A DNA stretch of 27,662 nt from Thermodesulfobacteriota bacterium. Its GTDB lineage: Bacteria; Desulfobacterota; Desulfobulbia; Desulfobulbales; SURF-16. Where the stretch lies: the NCBI GenBank assembly GCA_039715015.1, contig JBDLIE010000033.1, positions 1 through 27,662 on the forward strand, read 5' to 3'. The stretch's first letter is position 1, and each line of letters opens with the position of its first letter. The position numbers were made by a program, and so were the translations under genes. Positions 8,200-17,262 of this stretch are shown here, one piece after another. The notes under the pieces are model-generated. The model was given only the letters and a program-made list of their open reading frames with translations, did not search any database and was not told the DNA's origin.

Positions 8200-9572
8200 T
8201 ATTGAGCCTCGATTTGGTTAATGTCAGCCACAGTATCGCTGAGTGTGTTGAATTCAGTTTCAAAACCGGCCTTGTTCTTATTAGTGGTGCCGGCAAGAAA
8301 AATATTGGTGGAGCCGTCTTTGGTTCTGACCAGAACCCAGATTCTTTTGTGGAAAACAAAAAATGCTATGGCAAGACCAATCAGCATGAGGATGCAGCCA
8401 ATATAAACCGTCCAGACTCCCGGGTCTTTAGCGACCTGCAAACCTGTAGAGTAGAACTCTTTGATATGAAAGGTGTATTTGCTATCGTCTTTCATCTTGA
8501 CAGTAAACTGCTTGTTATCCTCAAGAATGTAGAGGCTTTGCTCGCCTTTGCCGTCGGCAACAAGCAGTTTGTATTTGTAAACGCCCGGAGTTGATGTGGG
8601 GATAAGTTCCTGGATGCCAAAGAGGAGATCCTCGTCCTGCCAGCTTACTGCTTGTTGTGGGGGGGCCAGGAAACGTTCTTCCTTCTTGGTAACGCTATTA
8701 GCCACAGAGAGAATAAATTTCCTGTGGGACTCGTAACTTGATTGATAAAATGTCCAGCCCTTATAGCTCAGGGGGCCGTTCACCTCGATGGTCTTTGTCA
8801 GGACTTCCTTGCCATCTTCAATAATAACAAGTTCAGACTCGTACTCTTTCGGTGCTCCATTAGGATACTTGGTTAGATGAAACCAATTACATTTAACCGT
8901 GAACCCAAGATCTATAGGAGTGCCGGATCTGAATTGATAAATCTTGTCTGTGGTCAGGGTCTCGGGAATATTAACCCCGCCCTTTTGTCCCCAGATGGAT
9001 CCTATCATGGCGCCGACAAAGATAATCAGGATAGAGGTGTGGACTACATAGACACCCAGACGGCTCCAGGGGGCTTTCTGGGCAAAAAGCAAGGTGCCGC
9101 CGTCACGGTCACGCTCCGAGGTCTGCCAACCGTTGCTTTTTAGTTTGGCGGCAATGGCAGTGGAGCTTTCCTGAACAGACATCTCAGATGTATACACCCT
9201 GCGGTTACGCATGGATGTTATGCGATCAAGAGCAGTATCAAGGTTATCCATGACAACCAAACGCCAAACATCGGGTAGACGTTCTATGGTGCAGACAATA
9301 AGATTTAATGAAAGAAGAAGAATGAGGCTACGGAACCACCAGGACTGATACATGGTGTCCAGGTCGAGCAGGAAGGTAATTCGGGTAAAAATTTGAGCGG
9401 TGTTGACACTGACCCCCAGCTTGGAGGTGTAAAATTGACTGTAGACTCCTGCGGCTTCCCCCTGGGGTAGAATGGTGCCGATAATGGAAGCGGCAGCCAG
9501 GAGAAAAAGGATAGAGAGCGCCAATTTTACCGACGCAAAGAACATCCAGATACTGTCTTTTTGTTTGCTCAT
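8199..9572 (-). CDS. resB: System II cytochrome c biogenesis protein ResB/CcsB
   Basis: FASVKLA...IIGTILPQ, YQSWWF, VCTIER, VVHTS (TM His), VNGPL...YQSSY, STGLQVAKDPG. Stop overlaps the ccsA start (TAATG). Confidence 0.93.
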   Translation of the reverse strand: MSKQKDSIWMFFASVKLALSILFLLAAASIIGTILPQGEAAGVYSQFYTSKLGVSVNTAQIFTRITFLLDLDTMYQSWWFRSLILLLSLNLIVCTIERLPDVWRLVVMDNLDTALDRITSMRNRRVYTSEMSVQESSTAIAAKLKSNGWQTSERDRDGGTLLFAQKAPWSRLGVYVVHTSILIIFVGAMIGSIWGQKGGVNIPETLTTDKIYQFRSGTPIDLGFTVKCNWFHLTKYPNGAPKEYESELVIIEDGKEVLTKTIEVNGPLSYKGWTFYQSSYESHRKFILSVANSVTKKEERFLAPPQQAVSWQDEDLLFGIQELIPTSTPGVYKYKLLVADGKGEQSLYILEDNKQFTVKMKDDSKYTFHIKEFYSTGLQVAKDPGVWTVYIGCILMLIGLAIAFFVFHKRIWVLVRTKDGSTNIFLAGTTNKNKAGFETEFNTLSDTVADINQIEAQ

Positions 9573-9809
9573 AAGGTTCGTTTGGGTTTGTTGAGGATGA
9601 TATTGCCTCGATTTTAATGATTAAAGTCGAAAAGTAGCTATCATTACCATGACTTTTTGTTGAGTGTCAAATCTAATACGAATGCTGGCGAGGGAGGTTG
9701 ATGAGGTTTTTCTTCATGATTTTTATTTAGGCCTTCTGGTGCGGCATTATGTTCCATGAAAAATAATTTTCTGCGGCTTTTTTACACATCAAAAATAAGG
9801 ATAAAAATC

Positions 9810-9838
9810 TTGCCAAGAATCGTGGGAACGGTTATATA
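9810..9838 (+). promoter_or_regulatory. Probable sigma70 promoter for rpmB
   Basis: TTGCCA-N17-TATATA with an A-rich upstream tract. Confidence 0.55.
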
Positions 9839-9958
9839 CATTGCTTCTCTTTCCTGATAGCCGGGTTAGACTTTGTTTTTTAAGCGTATAAGTAAATAAA
9901 ATTTAAGAGATCGGCTGGCCACTGTATACAGCTGATTTTTCTCGTAAGGAGAAATGTT

Positions 9959-10165
9959 ATGGCTCGTGAATGTGCAATCTGCGGGAAAAAGCCGGTAACC
10001 GGCAATAATGTAAGTCATGCTCATAATAAAACCCGTCGTCGCTGGCTGCCAAATCTGCAAAGCGTAAGAATGGCCACCCCAGGTGGTAATTCTAAAAAGG
10101 TTCGGGTTTGTACCAGATGTCTGCGTTCCGGTGCCGTTGTTAAACCGGCAGCAAGAACTGCCTAG
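9959..10165 (+). CDS. rpmB: 50S ribosomal protein L28 (Zn-binding CxxC...CxxC form)
   Basis: [43 protein letters not shown]. Confidence 0.98.
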   Translation: MARECAICGKKPVTGNNVSHAHNKTRRRWLPNLQSVRMATPGGNSKKVRVCTRCLRSGAVVKPAARTA

Positions 10166-10184
10166 ATATCTTCTCATAAATTTG

Positions 10185-10226
10185 TAATAAAAAAGCCCGC
10201 TGGTTTTCCAGCGGGCTTTTTTATTA
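10185..10226. terminator. Bidirectional intrinsic terminator (rpmB / convergent rel operon)
   Basis: Perfect 19-bp stem TAATAAAAAAGCCCGCTGG-TTTT-CCAGCGGGCTTTTTTATTA. Confidence 0.92.
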
Positions 10227-10227
10227 T

Positions 10228-10357
10228 GGTTCTTCGCCGATTAGCTGGAATGACTTTGTTTTTGCCACGGAATCCACGGAAAAACTGGCATAAAGTGGAA
10301 AAACTTTAGCCTGCCAACTTGTACCTAACCACCTTTCCCGGACTTCGACGAAGAACC
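10228..10357. mobile_element. MITE-like element (130 bp) with ISL3-like ends
   Basis: Terminal inverted repeats GGTTCTTCGCCGA / TCGACGAAGAACC (12/13). Flanks TTTATTAT / TTTTTTAT (7/8, TSD-like). Left end matches that of the 20770 element at 14/16. Confidence 0.65.
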
Positions 10358-10389
10358 TTTTTTATTTGTTCATTACGGCAAAGGGATTG

Positions 10390-10566
10390 TTACTTGTCTC
10401 TTTTCTTTTTCTTATCTTCTTTTTTCTTTGGTTCGGTGATAAAACCCAGGCCGCCGCACTCGGGGCACTCCTCCCAGGAGATGAGAAATCTACTCACCCC
10501 TTTGAAAAAGCTGATCTGGCCTGATCCCCCGCAGGCTGCGCATGTTTTTTCATGATCTGACCCCAT
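10390..10566 (-). CDS. Small CxxCxGxG (DnaJ-type) zinc-finger protein, 58 aa
   Basis: Manually translated: MGSDHEKTCAACGGSGQISFFKGVSRFLISWEECPECGGLGFITEPKKKEDKKKKRDK. Starts 25 nt after the rel stop, with AAGG upstream. Below the ORF-track length cutoff. Confidence 0.8.
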   Translation of the reverse strand: MGSDHEKTCAACGGSGQISFFKGVSRFLISWEECPECGGLGFITEPKKKEDKKKKRDK

Positions 10567-10591
10567 AACCTTACCCTTGCCAGTTTTTTGT

Positions 10592-12760
10592 TTACTGGCG
10601 CTTTGCCTCCATTACGCCATTAAGTTGGCGAATGCGCTGCAACACTGCTGACAGATGATCGAGGCTGGTGACCTCAATGATAAGGTTAAGACGTGCCACC
10701 CTGTCCTTGGCAGAGTGGGCATCAATATTGACGATATTGGCGTCAGCATCACTGAGGACATTACAAAGTTCGGCAAGAAGACCTTTGTGGTCTTGGGAAA
10801 TGACGTTGATCTGGGCTCGGTGGCTTTTTTGGGAAGTACTCCAGCGAACCTCAAGCCAGCGCTGCGGGTCGGTGTTGAGGAGATTGGGACATGTCGCCTT
10901 GTGGACGGAAATGCCGCGGCCTGCCGTGATAAAGCCCATGATCTCCTCTCCGGGCATAGGCATGCAGCATTGGCTGATGCGGATCATCATATCGTGGATG
11001 CCGTCGATGGTGATGGCATCGTCTGATTCCTTTCCTGGCGCGACTGTTGCCGCGGGAATTTCCTGAATTTTTTCTTCTTGCTCCTCCACTTCTGTTTGAT
11101 CAGGAAGAAGGATGGCCGTGAACTGTTTGGTGGTGATCTTGCCAGAGCCTACTCTGACAAGAAGATCCTGCAGGGAGTTACAGTGCAGCTTCTTTAGGAG
11201 CAGTTGCAGTTCTCTGCTTTTAGTAAGCTTTTTGAGGGAAAGGGTGTGTTTCTTCAGTTCCCTCTCAGTAATCTCCTCGCCGATTCGCAGGGATTTCTCA
11301 TGCTCCTCCTGACGCAGCCAATGGCGAATACGGCTTTTGGCCCGCCCGGTTTTTACCAGGTTGAGCCAGCCCTGATGAGGATGCTGATTCTGGCTGGTAA
11401 TGATCTCAACAGCATTACCGTTTTTGAGCTCTGTCTTCAGCGACACCATGGTGCCGTTAATCTTGGCGCCGGTGCAGTGATTGCCAACCTCGGTATGGAT
11501 TGCATAGGCAAAATCAAGTGGGGTGGAACCGCCCGGTAATTCCTTGACCTCACCATTGGGGGTGAGGACATAGATCTTTTTGCCTGGTGCAAGTTCGTCC
11601 TTAACGGTGTCGAGAAACTCCTTGGGATCTTTCAGCTCCTGGAGCCAATGGACGAGCTGTTTTAACCACTGGAAGGTAGAGGCGTCCTGTTCGGAAATTT
11701 TTGCGCCTTCTTTGTATGCCCAGTGGGCAGCAATTCCTTCTTTGGCGATCTTGTCCATCTCCTCAGTACGGATCTGGATCTCCATGAATTCACCAGACGG
11801 GCCAATCACGGAGGTATGCAGAGATTGATACATATTGGGCTTTGGCTGGGAGATATAATCCTTGATACGATGGTCAATGGGCGTCCACAGGGAATGAACC
11901 ATACCCAAGGCCTGGTAACATTCACGTACCGTTTTTAAGATGATCCGAAAGGCGACCTTGTCATAGACCTTGTCCAGGGTAATCTTCTGAACAAGGAGTT
12001 TTCGGTAAATTGAGAGAAGATGTTTAGGGCGGCCAAGAATATTAAACTCACTAATGCCGTGCTCTTTAAGCTTTTCGGAAAGGAGATTCTTAATGTCAGT
12101 GACGTATTTTTCGCGGTCCCCCAGAGAGGAGTCTATCCTGCCCTCAAGGTCCTGATATTCCTTGGGGTGAAGGACTGAGAAGGCCCGGTCCTCAAGCTCT
12201 CGTTTCATCCAGTCAATACCCAAACGGCTGGCTAGTGGGGCGTAGAGGTCCAGAGTCTCCTGGGCAAATTCCACCTGCTGTTCGGGGGGGAAGTCGAGGA
12301 TCTGCATGTCATTGAGACGGTCGGCAAGCTTGACCAGCAAAACGCGAATGTCTGATGACATGGCCAGAAGCATCTTGCGGATGTTTTCGGCCTGATAATC
12401 GATTTTCGAGTTGTACTGGACCTCAGATATCTTGGTGGCGCCGCTAACAATATGGGCCACATCCTTGCCGAATTTTTTGCTGATCAGGGCTTCGTCAATC
12501 TCGGTGTCGTTTTCTTTGAGGATGCCGTGGAAGAGGCCTGAAACAATGGTGTCCACATCAAGACGCATGGCAGCGAGGATCTGCGCCACCGAGAGGACGT
12601 GGGTAATGTAGGGGTCACCGTTTGGCCGGACATGCCCTTCGTGGGCCTCGGCGGCAAAGGCGTATGCCTCTTTGATAACCGGGATCTGTTGGGCAGGCAG
12701 GTATCCCTGGGCCCGGTTCAGGAGGTCATCAATGGTGATATGGTGTTCAAACTGCGTCAT
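10592..12760 (-). CDS. Long RelA/SpoT homologue ((p)ppGpp synthetase; hydrolase domain degenerate)
   Basis: HD-SYNTH-TGS-ZFD-ACT architecture: YAPLASRLGI, GRPKH, RIKDYISQPKPNMYQSLHT, EIQIRT, GIAAHWAYK, TPLDFAYAIHT, CCMPMPGE, HKATC. Confidence 0.95.
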   Translation of the reverse strand: MTQFEHHITIDDLLNRAQGYLPAQQIPVIKEAYAFAAEAHEGHVRPNGDPYITHVLSVAQILAAMRLDVDTIVSGLFHGILKENDTEIDEALISKKFGKDVAHIVSGATKISEVQYNSKIDYQAENIRKMLLAMSSDIRVLLVKLADRLNDMQILDFPPEQQVEFAQETLDLYAPLASRLGIDWMKRELEDRAFSVLHPKEYQDLEGRIDSSLGDREKYVTDIKNLLSEKLKEHGISEFNILGRPKHLLSIYRKLLVQKITLDKVYDKVAFRIILKTVRECYQALGMVHSLWTPIDHRIKDYISQPKPNMYQSLHTSVIGPSGEFMEIQIRTEEMDKIAKEGIAAHWAYKEGAKISEQDASTFQWLKQLVHWLQELKDPKEFLDTVKDELAPGKKIYVLTPNGEVKELPGGSTPLDFAYAIHTEVGNHCTGAKINGTMVSLKTELKNGNAVEIITSQNQHPHQGWLNLVKTGRAKSRIRHWLRQEEHEKSLRIGEEITERELKKHTLSLKKLTKSRELQLLLKKLHCNSLQDLLVRVGSGKITTKQFTAILLPDQTEVEEQEEKIQEIPAATVAPGKESDDAITIDGIHDMMIRISQCCMPMPGEEIMGFITAGRGISVHKATCPNLLNTDPQRWLEVRWSTSQKSHRAQINVISQDHKGLLAELCNVLSDADANIVNIDAHSAKDRVARLNLIIEVTSLDHLSAVLQRIRQLNGVMEAKRQ

Positions 12761-12798
12761 TCTTTATCTGATTATATGGAGAGTAGATTTTCGTTTAA

Positions 12799-14514
12799 TT
12801 AGGCAATTGCATTTTTGATAAGGTCGACCACGGTTGAAACCGTCTCACTAAGGGGTGTGCTGAGTGTTTCGCCGTTAGCCCGGCTCCGTACCTCGATCAG
12901 GCCTTCTTTGCTGAAACTCTTGCCCACCGTGATTCTGAAGGGGATACCAATGAGGTCTGCATCCTTAAATTTAATGCCAGGGCGTTCATCACGATCATCA
13001 AGGATGACCTCGATATTTTTTTTCTGCAGAGCCTGATAGACAACCTCTGCTGCTTTGCTGATCTCTTCATCCTTGGGAGAAAGGTTGAGAACTAAAGCCT
13101 GGACCGGCGCTATGGTTGCAGGAAGTTTAATGCCGTCTTTGTCGTGGTGTTGCTCAATGGCAGCGGCTACAACTCTGCTGACACCAATGCCGTAGCACCC
13201 CATAATAAAGGGGGTTTCAGCTCCCTGGTCATCAAGGAAAGTGGCCTTGAGGGACTCGGAATATTTTGTGCCCAGTTTGAAGATATGACCAACCTCAATT
13301 CCTTTGGTGAGCTCAAGTTCGCTGCCGCATAGAGAGCAGCGATCATCGGCAGTCACTTTGCGAATATCACCGCTTAAGGTCGGGGTAAAATCACGGCCCA
13401 TATTAGCGTTTAGCATGTGGAAGTTCTTTTCGTTCGCGCCCACTGCAAAATTGCGCATATTGTCAATTTCCAGATCAGCCACAGTTCTTATTTTCAGGCC
13501 AATGGGGCCGAGATAACCAGACGGGGTGCCGGTGGCATCGAAGATCTCTTTGTCATCAGCCATACGCATATCTTCATCGCTGACACCGAGAATATTGGCA
13601 AGTTTGATATCTTCAACCTCATGGTCGCCGCGCAGGAGAACTGCCACGGGTTCATCTTTGACGATATACACCAAGGTCTTGACCAGCTCTGCTGGTTTGA
13701 TATCAAGGAAATCACAGACCACCTGTACCTTACGTTTGCCCGGAGTTTCTATCTTTTTGATCTCTTGCAGAGCAATATTCTGGGGGGCGCTGCTCTTTTG
13801 ACATACCGCCTTTTCCATATTGGCGGCATAGGAGCATGATTTACAGATAACAATGGTGTCCTCGCCGGTATCGGCCAGCACCATGAATTCGTGGGAAAAG
13901 CTGCCGCCAATGGAGCCCGAGTCGGCATCCACGGCCCGGAAGGTCAGGCCGCAGCGAGTAAAGATCTGCTGGTAGGCATCCTTCATCTTCTCATAGGTCT
14001 CTTCAGCTCCTTTGTCCGTGGCATCAAAACTATAGCCATCCTTCATGATGAATTCCCGGCCACGCATAAGACCGAAACGGGGCCGGGCCTCGTCACGGTA
14101 TTTGGTCTGGATCTGGTAGAGGTTGATGGGCAGCTGTTTGTAGGAATGGATGTTTTTCCGTGCCACATCAGTAATGACCTCTTCATGGGTGGGGCCCAAA
14201 CAAAAATCGCGGTTATGGCGATCCTGGACGCGGAGCAACTCCTTGCCATACTCCTGCCAGCGCCCCGATTCCTCCCAGAGGTCAGCAGGTTGAACCATGG
14301 GCATAAGAAGTTCCTGGGCACCGGCCCTATTCATCTCTTCCCGGACAATCTGTTCAACCTTGCGGATGGCGGCAAGGCCCAAGGGCAGGTAGGTGTAAGA
14401 GCCACTGGTAAGCTTGCGGATATAACCGGCCCGCAGCAAGAGTTTGTGACTGATGACCTCTGCCTCTGAGGGGTCTTCTTTTAATGTCGGGATGAGAAGC
14501 TGGGAAAAACGCAT
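12799..14514 (-). CDS. proS: Proline--tRNA ligase (bacterial type with editing domain)
   Basis: LGPTHEE, RDEARPRFGLMRGREF, SHEF, IEVGHIFKLG, MGCYGIGVSR, DDRDERPGIKFKDADLIG. Confidence 0.98.
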   Translation of the reverse strand: MRFSQLLIPTLKEDPSEAEVISHKLLLRAGYIRKLTSGSYTYLPLGLAAIRKVEQIVREEMNRAGAQELLMPMVQPADLWEESGRWQEYGKELLRVQDRHNRDFCLGPTHEEVITDVARKNIHSYKQLPINLYQIQTKYRDEARPRFGLMRGREFIMKDGYSFDATDKGAEETYEKMKDAYQQIFTRCGLTFRAVDADSGSIGGSFSHEFMVLADTGEDTIVICKSCSYAANMEKAVCQKSSAPQNIALQEIKKIETPGKRKVQVVCDFLDIKPAELVKTLVYIVKDEPVAVLLRGDHEVEDIKLANILGVSDEDMRMADDKEIFDATGTPSGYLGPIGLKIRTVADLEIDNMRNFAVGANEKNFHMLNANMGRDFTPTLSGDIRKVTADDRCSLCGSELELTKGIEVGHIFKLGTKYSESLKATFLDDQGAETPFIMGCYGIGVSRVVAAAIEQHHDKDGIKLPATIAPVQALVLNLSPKDEEISKAAEVVYQALQKKNIEVILDDRDERPGIKFKDADLIGIPFRITVGKSFSKEGLIEVRSRANGETLSTPLSETVSTVVDLIKNAIA

Positions 14515-14595
14515 GATAAGTCCTGGTAATAAAGTGATTTTTTATAATAGAGCCCTTTTAGGGCTATTTAATATCTTTAATAGAAGTCACGATTG

Positions 14596-15672
14596 TTATT
14601 TACTTTGTACTTCCTTGCTCATGGCATCAAGTTCTTTGACAAAGACTTCAAAAAGATCTGCCTCAGGCACCTTTTTGTAGAGCTGGCCTTTTTTGAAGAT
14701 AATACCAACGCCATTACCTCCGGCAAGACCAATGTCAGCCTCTTTGGCTTCCCCGGGTCCGTTAACCACACAGCCCATGACCGCCACTTTAAGAGGGGTT
14801 ACCATTTTCTGGATATGGGCTTCCACCTTTTCCGCGAGACCAAAGAGGTTAATCTGACAGCGGCCGCAGGTGGGGCAGCTGATCAATTCGGGGCCACGTT
14901 CTCTAATCTTTAGAGAGCGCAGAAGCTCGTAGCAGACGCGGATTTCTTCAACCGGATCGCGGGTTAGAGAAATGCGGAAGGTGTCGCCGATTCCTTCGTA
15001 AAGCAGGATGCCGAGGGCAACACTTGATTTGACGGTGCCGCCGATAAGACCGCCGGCCTCGGTGACTCCTAAGTGCAAAGGATAATCTGTTGCCTCAGAG
15101 AGCTTACGGTAGGCATCAATGGTGGTGAGCACATCAGAAGATTTGATGGAAATTTTTATCTCATAAAAACCAAGATCTTCAAGTAGGGCAACATTCTTAA
15201 GGGCGCTCTCCACCAAGGCTGCTGGGACAGGGTGGCCATATTTTTTGAGGATTTCTTTTTCCACCGAGCCGGAATTAACACCGACCCGGATAGGAACATG
15301 GTGACTCTTGGCAGCATCCACAACTTTTTTCAGCTTTTCTTTGCCGCCAATATTGCCAGGGTTGATGCGAATCCCCTGGGCGCCATGCTCCATACTGGCC
15401 ACGGCCAGGCGGGAATCAAAATGGATATCGGCAATAAGAGGGATGGTGATCTGCTCTCTGATATTTTTGATGGCCTCAGCCGCCTCAATGTCAAGAACTG
15501 CCACCCTGATGATCTCACATCCTGCACCTTCAAGGGCATGGATTTGCGCCACGGTACTCTCGACATTGCGGGTGTCCGTGTTGGTCATCGATTGGACGGT
15601 AATGGGTGCATCACCGCCTATTTTGACGTTGTCCAAGGTAATTTGGCGCGTTTTTTTTCTTGTAATCATCAT
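14596..15672 (-). CDS. ispG: (E)-4-hydroxy-3-methylbut-2-enyl-diphosphate synthase
   Basis: VQSMTNT, ADIHF, RINPGNIG, RVGVNSGS, PLHLGVTEAG, SCPTCGRC, VMGCVVNGPGE. The start may be 15669. Confidence 0.98.
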   Translation of the reverse strand: MMITRKKTRQITLDNVKIGGDAPITVQSMTNTDTRNVESTVAQIHALEGAGCEIIRVAVLDIEAAEAIKNIREQITIPLIADIHFDSRLAVASMEHGAQGIRINPGNIGGKEKLKKVVDAAKSHHVPIRVGVNSGSVEKEILKKYGHPVPAALVESALKNVALLEDLGFYEIKISIKSSDVLTTIDAYRKLSEATDYPLHLGVTEAGGLIGGTVKSSVALGILLYEGIGDTFRISLTRDPVEEIRVCYELLRSLKIRERGPELISCPTCGRCQINLFGLAEKVEAHIQKMVTPLKVAVMGCVVNGPGEAKEADIGLAGGNGVGIIFKKGQLYKKVPEADLFEVFVKELDAMSKEVQSK

Positions 15673-15846
15673 CGTTCTCTTTTGCGAAAAATAACAAGCG
15701 AGTCACCATACCTGAAAACGGTAATTTCGGCATTATTTATCCGCAACATCGAGGTGTATGTCGGGAAAAAGTTGCGGTTTCTGTTCACTGGGATGCAGGT
15801 TGAGCAAGCTGTTGAAATTATGGGCTCACCTTGCTACTATGCCGCC

Positions 15847-16047
15847 ATGAAATTATTCATCTCCCTTATCGGCATGGTATTGATTTTTGAGTCATTGCCC
15901 TATATTGCCTTTCCTGATTCCATGCGCCAGTGGCTCAGGCAGCTATCGGAAATGGAATCGCCGGTTCTTCGTATCTTTGGTTTTTTTGCCCTGGGTGCTG
16001 GTTTGCTTCTCTGTTACTTGGCCCAGCGCACCTCGTGGTTCTCCTAA
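15847..16047 (+). CDS. DUF2065-family small membrane protein, 66 aa
   Basis: MKLFISLIGMVLIFESLPYIAFP...LRIFGFFALGAGLLL fits the DUF2065 pattern. It is the 3' part of the over-extended 15232..16047 ORF. Confidence 0.8.
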   Translation: MKLFISLIGMVLIFESLPYIAFPDSMRQWLRQLSEMESPVLRIFGFFALGAGLLLCYLAQRTSWFS

Positions 16048-16069
16048 ATTATTTCGTGTTTCATATAAC

Positions 16070-17161
16070 GTGAGTGCAGATCATTTTGATATACAGGCCT
16101 ATGACTTTGAGCTGCCTGCAGAGTTAATTGCCCAACATCCTGCTCCCAGCCGTGATGCCTCAAAACTTCTCTCATATCATGCCAAAGGGCTAATTATTGA
16201 AGATCGGCCTTTTCGGTCAGTGGTGGATTCTTTCTCCAGCGGTGATGTGCTGGTGGTCAATAATACCAAGGTTTTTCCAGCCCGCCTTCTTGGCAAGAAA
16301 GAGACAGGTGGCAAGGTGGAGCTTTTACTGCTCTCTTTTCCTGCCATGGAGCCGATTGAGGTTGCAGGCCAACCCGGCTGGCGTGAAGTGGAGGCAGTGG
16401 GCCTTGTTAAGAGTTCCAAGCGGCCGCGGGTTGGTACCACTCTTCTCTTTGGTGAAAATCTGAAGGCAGTTGTCCATGGGCTCCTTGATGATGGCAAGGT
16501 CGTTGTCCTTCTTCGCTTCACAGGCGCCCTGTATGATCAACTTGATCAATCAGGGCAGCTTCCCTTACCGCCTTATATCAATCGAGATAAGGGGCAAACT
16601 CCGGAGGATAGACAGCGCTACCAGACTGTCTATGCCGCCCATACCGGCGCTGTGGCGGCTCCCACCGCTGGACTCCATTTTACCAATGAAGTCATAGAGG
16701 AGATCAAAAAAAAGGGGGTGATCATTGCCCCGGTTACCCTCCACGTTGGTTATGGCACCTTTGCGCCGGTGCGGGTCAAAGATATCCGCGACCATCAGAT
16801 CCACTCCGAGTATCTGGTGGTTTCGGAAGAGACGGCAGATCTTGTCAATAAGGCAAAGGCCGCTGGTGGCAGAGTATGGGCGGTGGGTACCACCAGTATC
16901 AGGGCCTTGGAGTTTGCCGCTGATGACCAAGGCCATCTTCATGCCAGGGAAGGAGCGTGTGAGCTTTATATTTATCCTGGCTATCGTTTCAAGATTGTTG
17001 AGAACGTCATTACCAATTTCCATCTGCCCCAGTCTTCACTGCTCTTTTTGGTCAGTGCCCTGATAGGACGAGATGAATTGCTCCGTTGTTATCGCCATGC
17101 CATAAAGGAAAAGTATCGCTTTTTTAGCTATGGTGATGCCATGATGATTGTCACGGTCTGA
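16070..17161 (+). CDS. queA: S-adenosylmethionine:tRNA ribosyltransferase-isomerase
   Basis: YDFELPAELIAQHP, VFPARL, PLPPYI, YQTVYA, AAPTAGLHF, LHVGYGTF, VGTT, TNFHLPQSSL, YRFFSYGDAM. Start reassigned to the in-frame GTG at 16070. Confidence 0.97.
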   Translation: MSADHFDIQAYDFELPAELIAQHPAPSRDASKLLSYHAKGLIIEDRPFRSVVDSFSSGDVLVVNNTKVFPARLLGKKETGGKVELLLLSFPAMEPIEVAGQPGWREVEAVGLVKSSKRPRVGTTLLFGENLKAVVHGLLDDGKVVVLLRFTGALYDQLDQSGQLPLPPYINRDKGQTPEDRQRYQTVYAAHTGAVAAPTAGLHFTNEVIEEIKKKGVIIAPVTLHVGYGTFAPVRVKDIRDHQIHSEYLVVSEETADLVNKAKAAGGRVWAVGTTSIRALEFAADDQGHLHAREGACELYIYPGYRFKIVENVITNFHLPQSSLLFLVSALIGRDELLRCYRHAIKEKYRFFSYGDAMMIVTV

Positions 17162-17207
17162 AACTTAGGTCCAGTGGGGTGGAATGATTGTGACTTATTG
17201 TGCAAAG

Positions 17208-17242
17208 AAAAAAGCCGCAAACCATAAAGGTCAGCGGCTTTT
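17208..17242. terminator. Probable bidirectional terminator (queA / FmdB gene)
   Basis: AAAAAAGCCGC-AAACCATAAAGGTCA-GCGGCTTTT hairpin between convergent genes. Confidence 0.75.
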
Positions 17243-17262
17243 GAAACAGATGCGAAGATCTC

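Noticed and set aside
10228..10357. 6S RNA or tRNA candidate
   Set aside because: Too short for 6S, no cloverleaf or T-loop context, and the ends and flanks are better explained as IS-derived.
15232..15846. 271-aa + strand ORF overlapping ispG
   Set aside because: Antisense shadow of ispG. Only the last 66 codons (DUF2065-like) look like a real protein.
15887..16069. 61-aa N-terminal extension of QueA
   Set aside because: Overlaps the DUF2065 gene in another frame. QueA similarity starts at about 16070.
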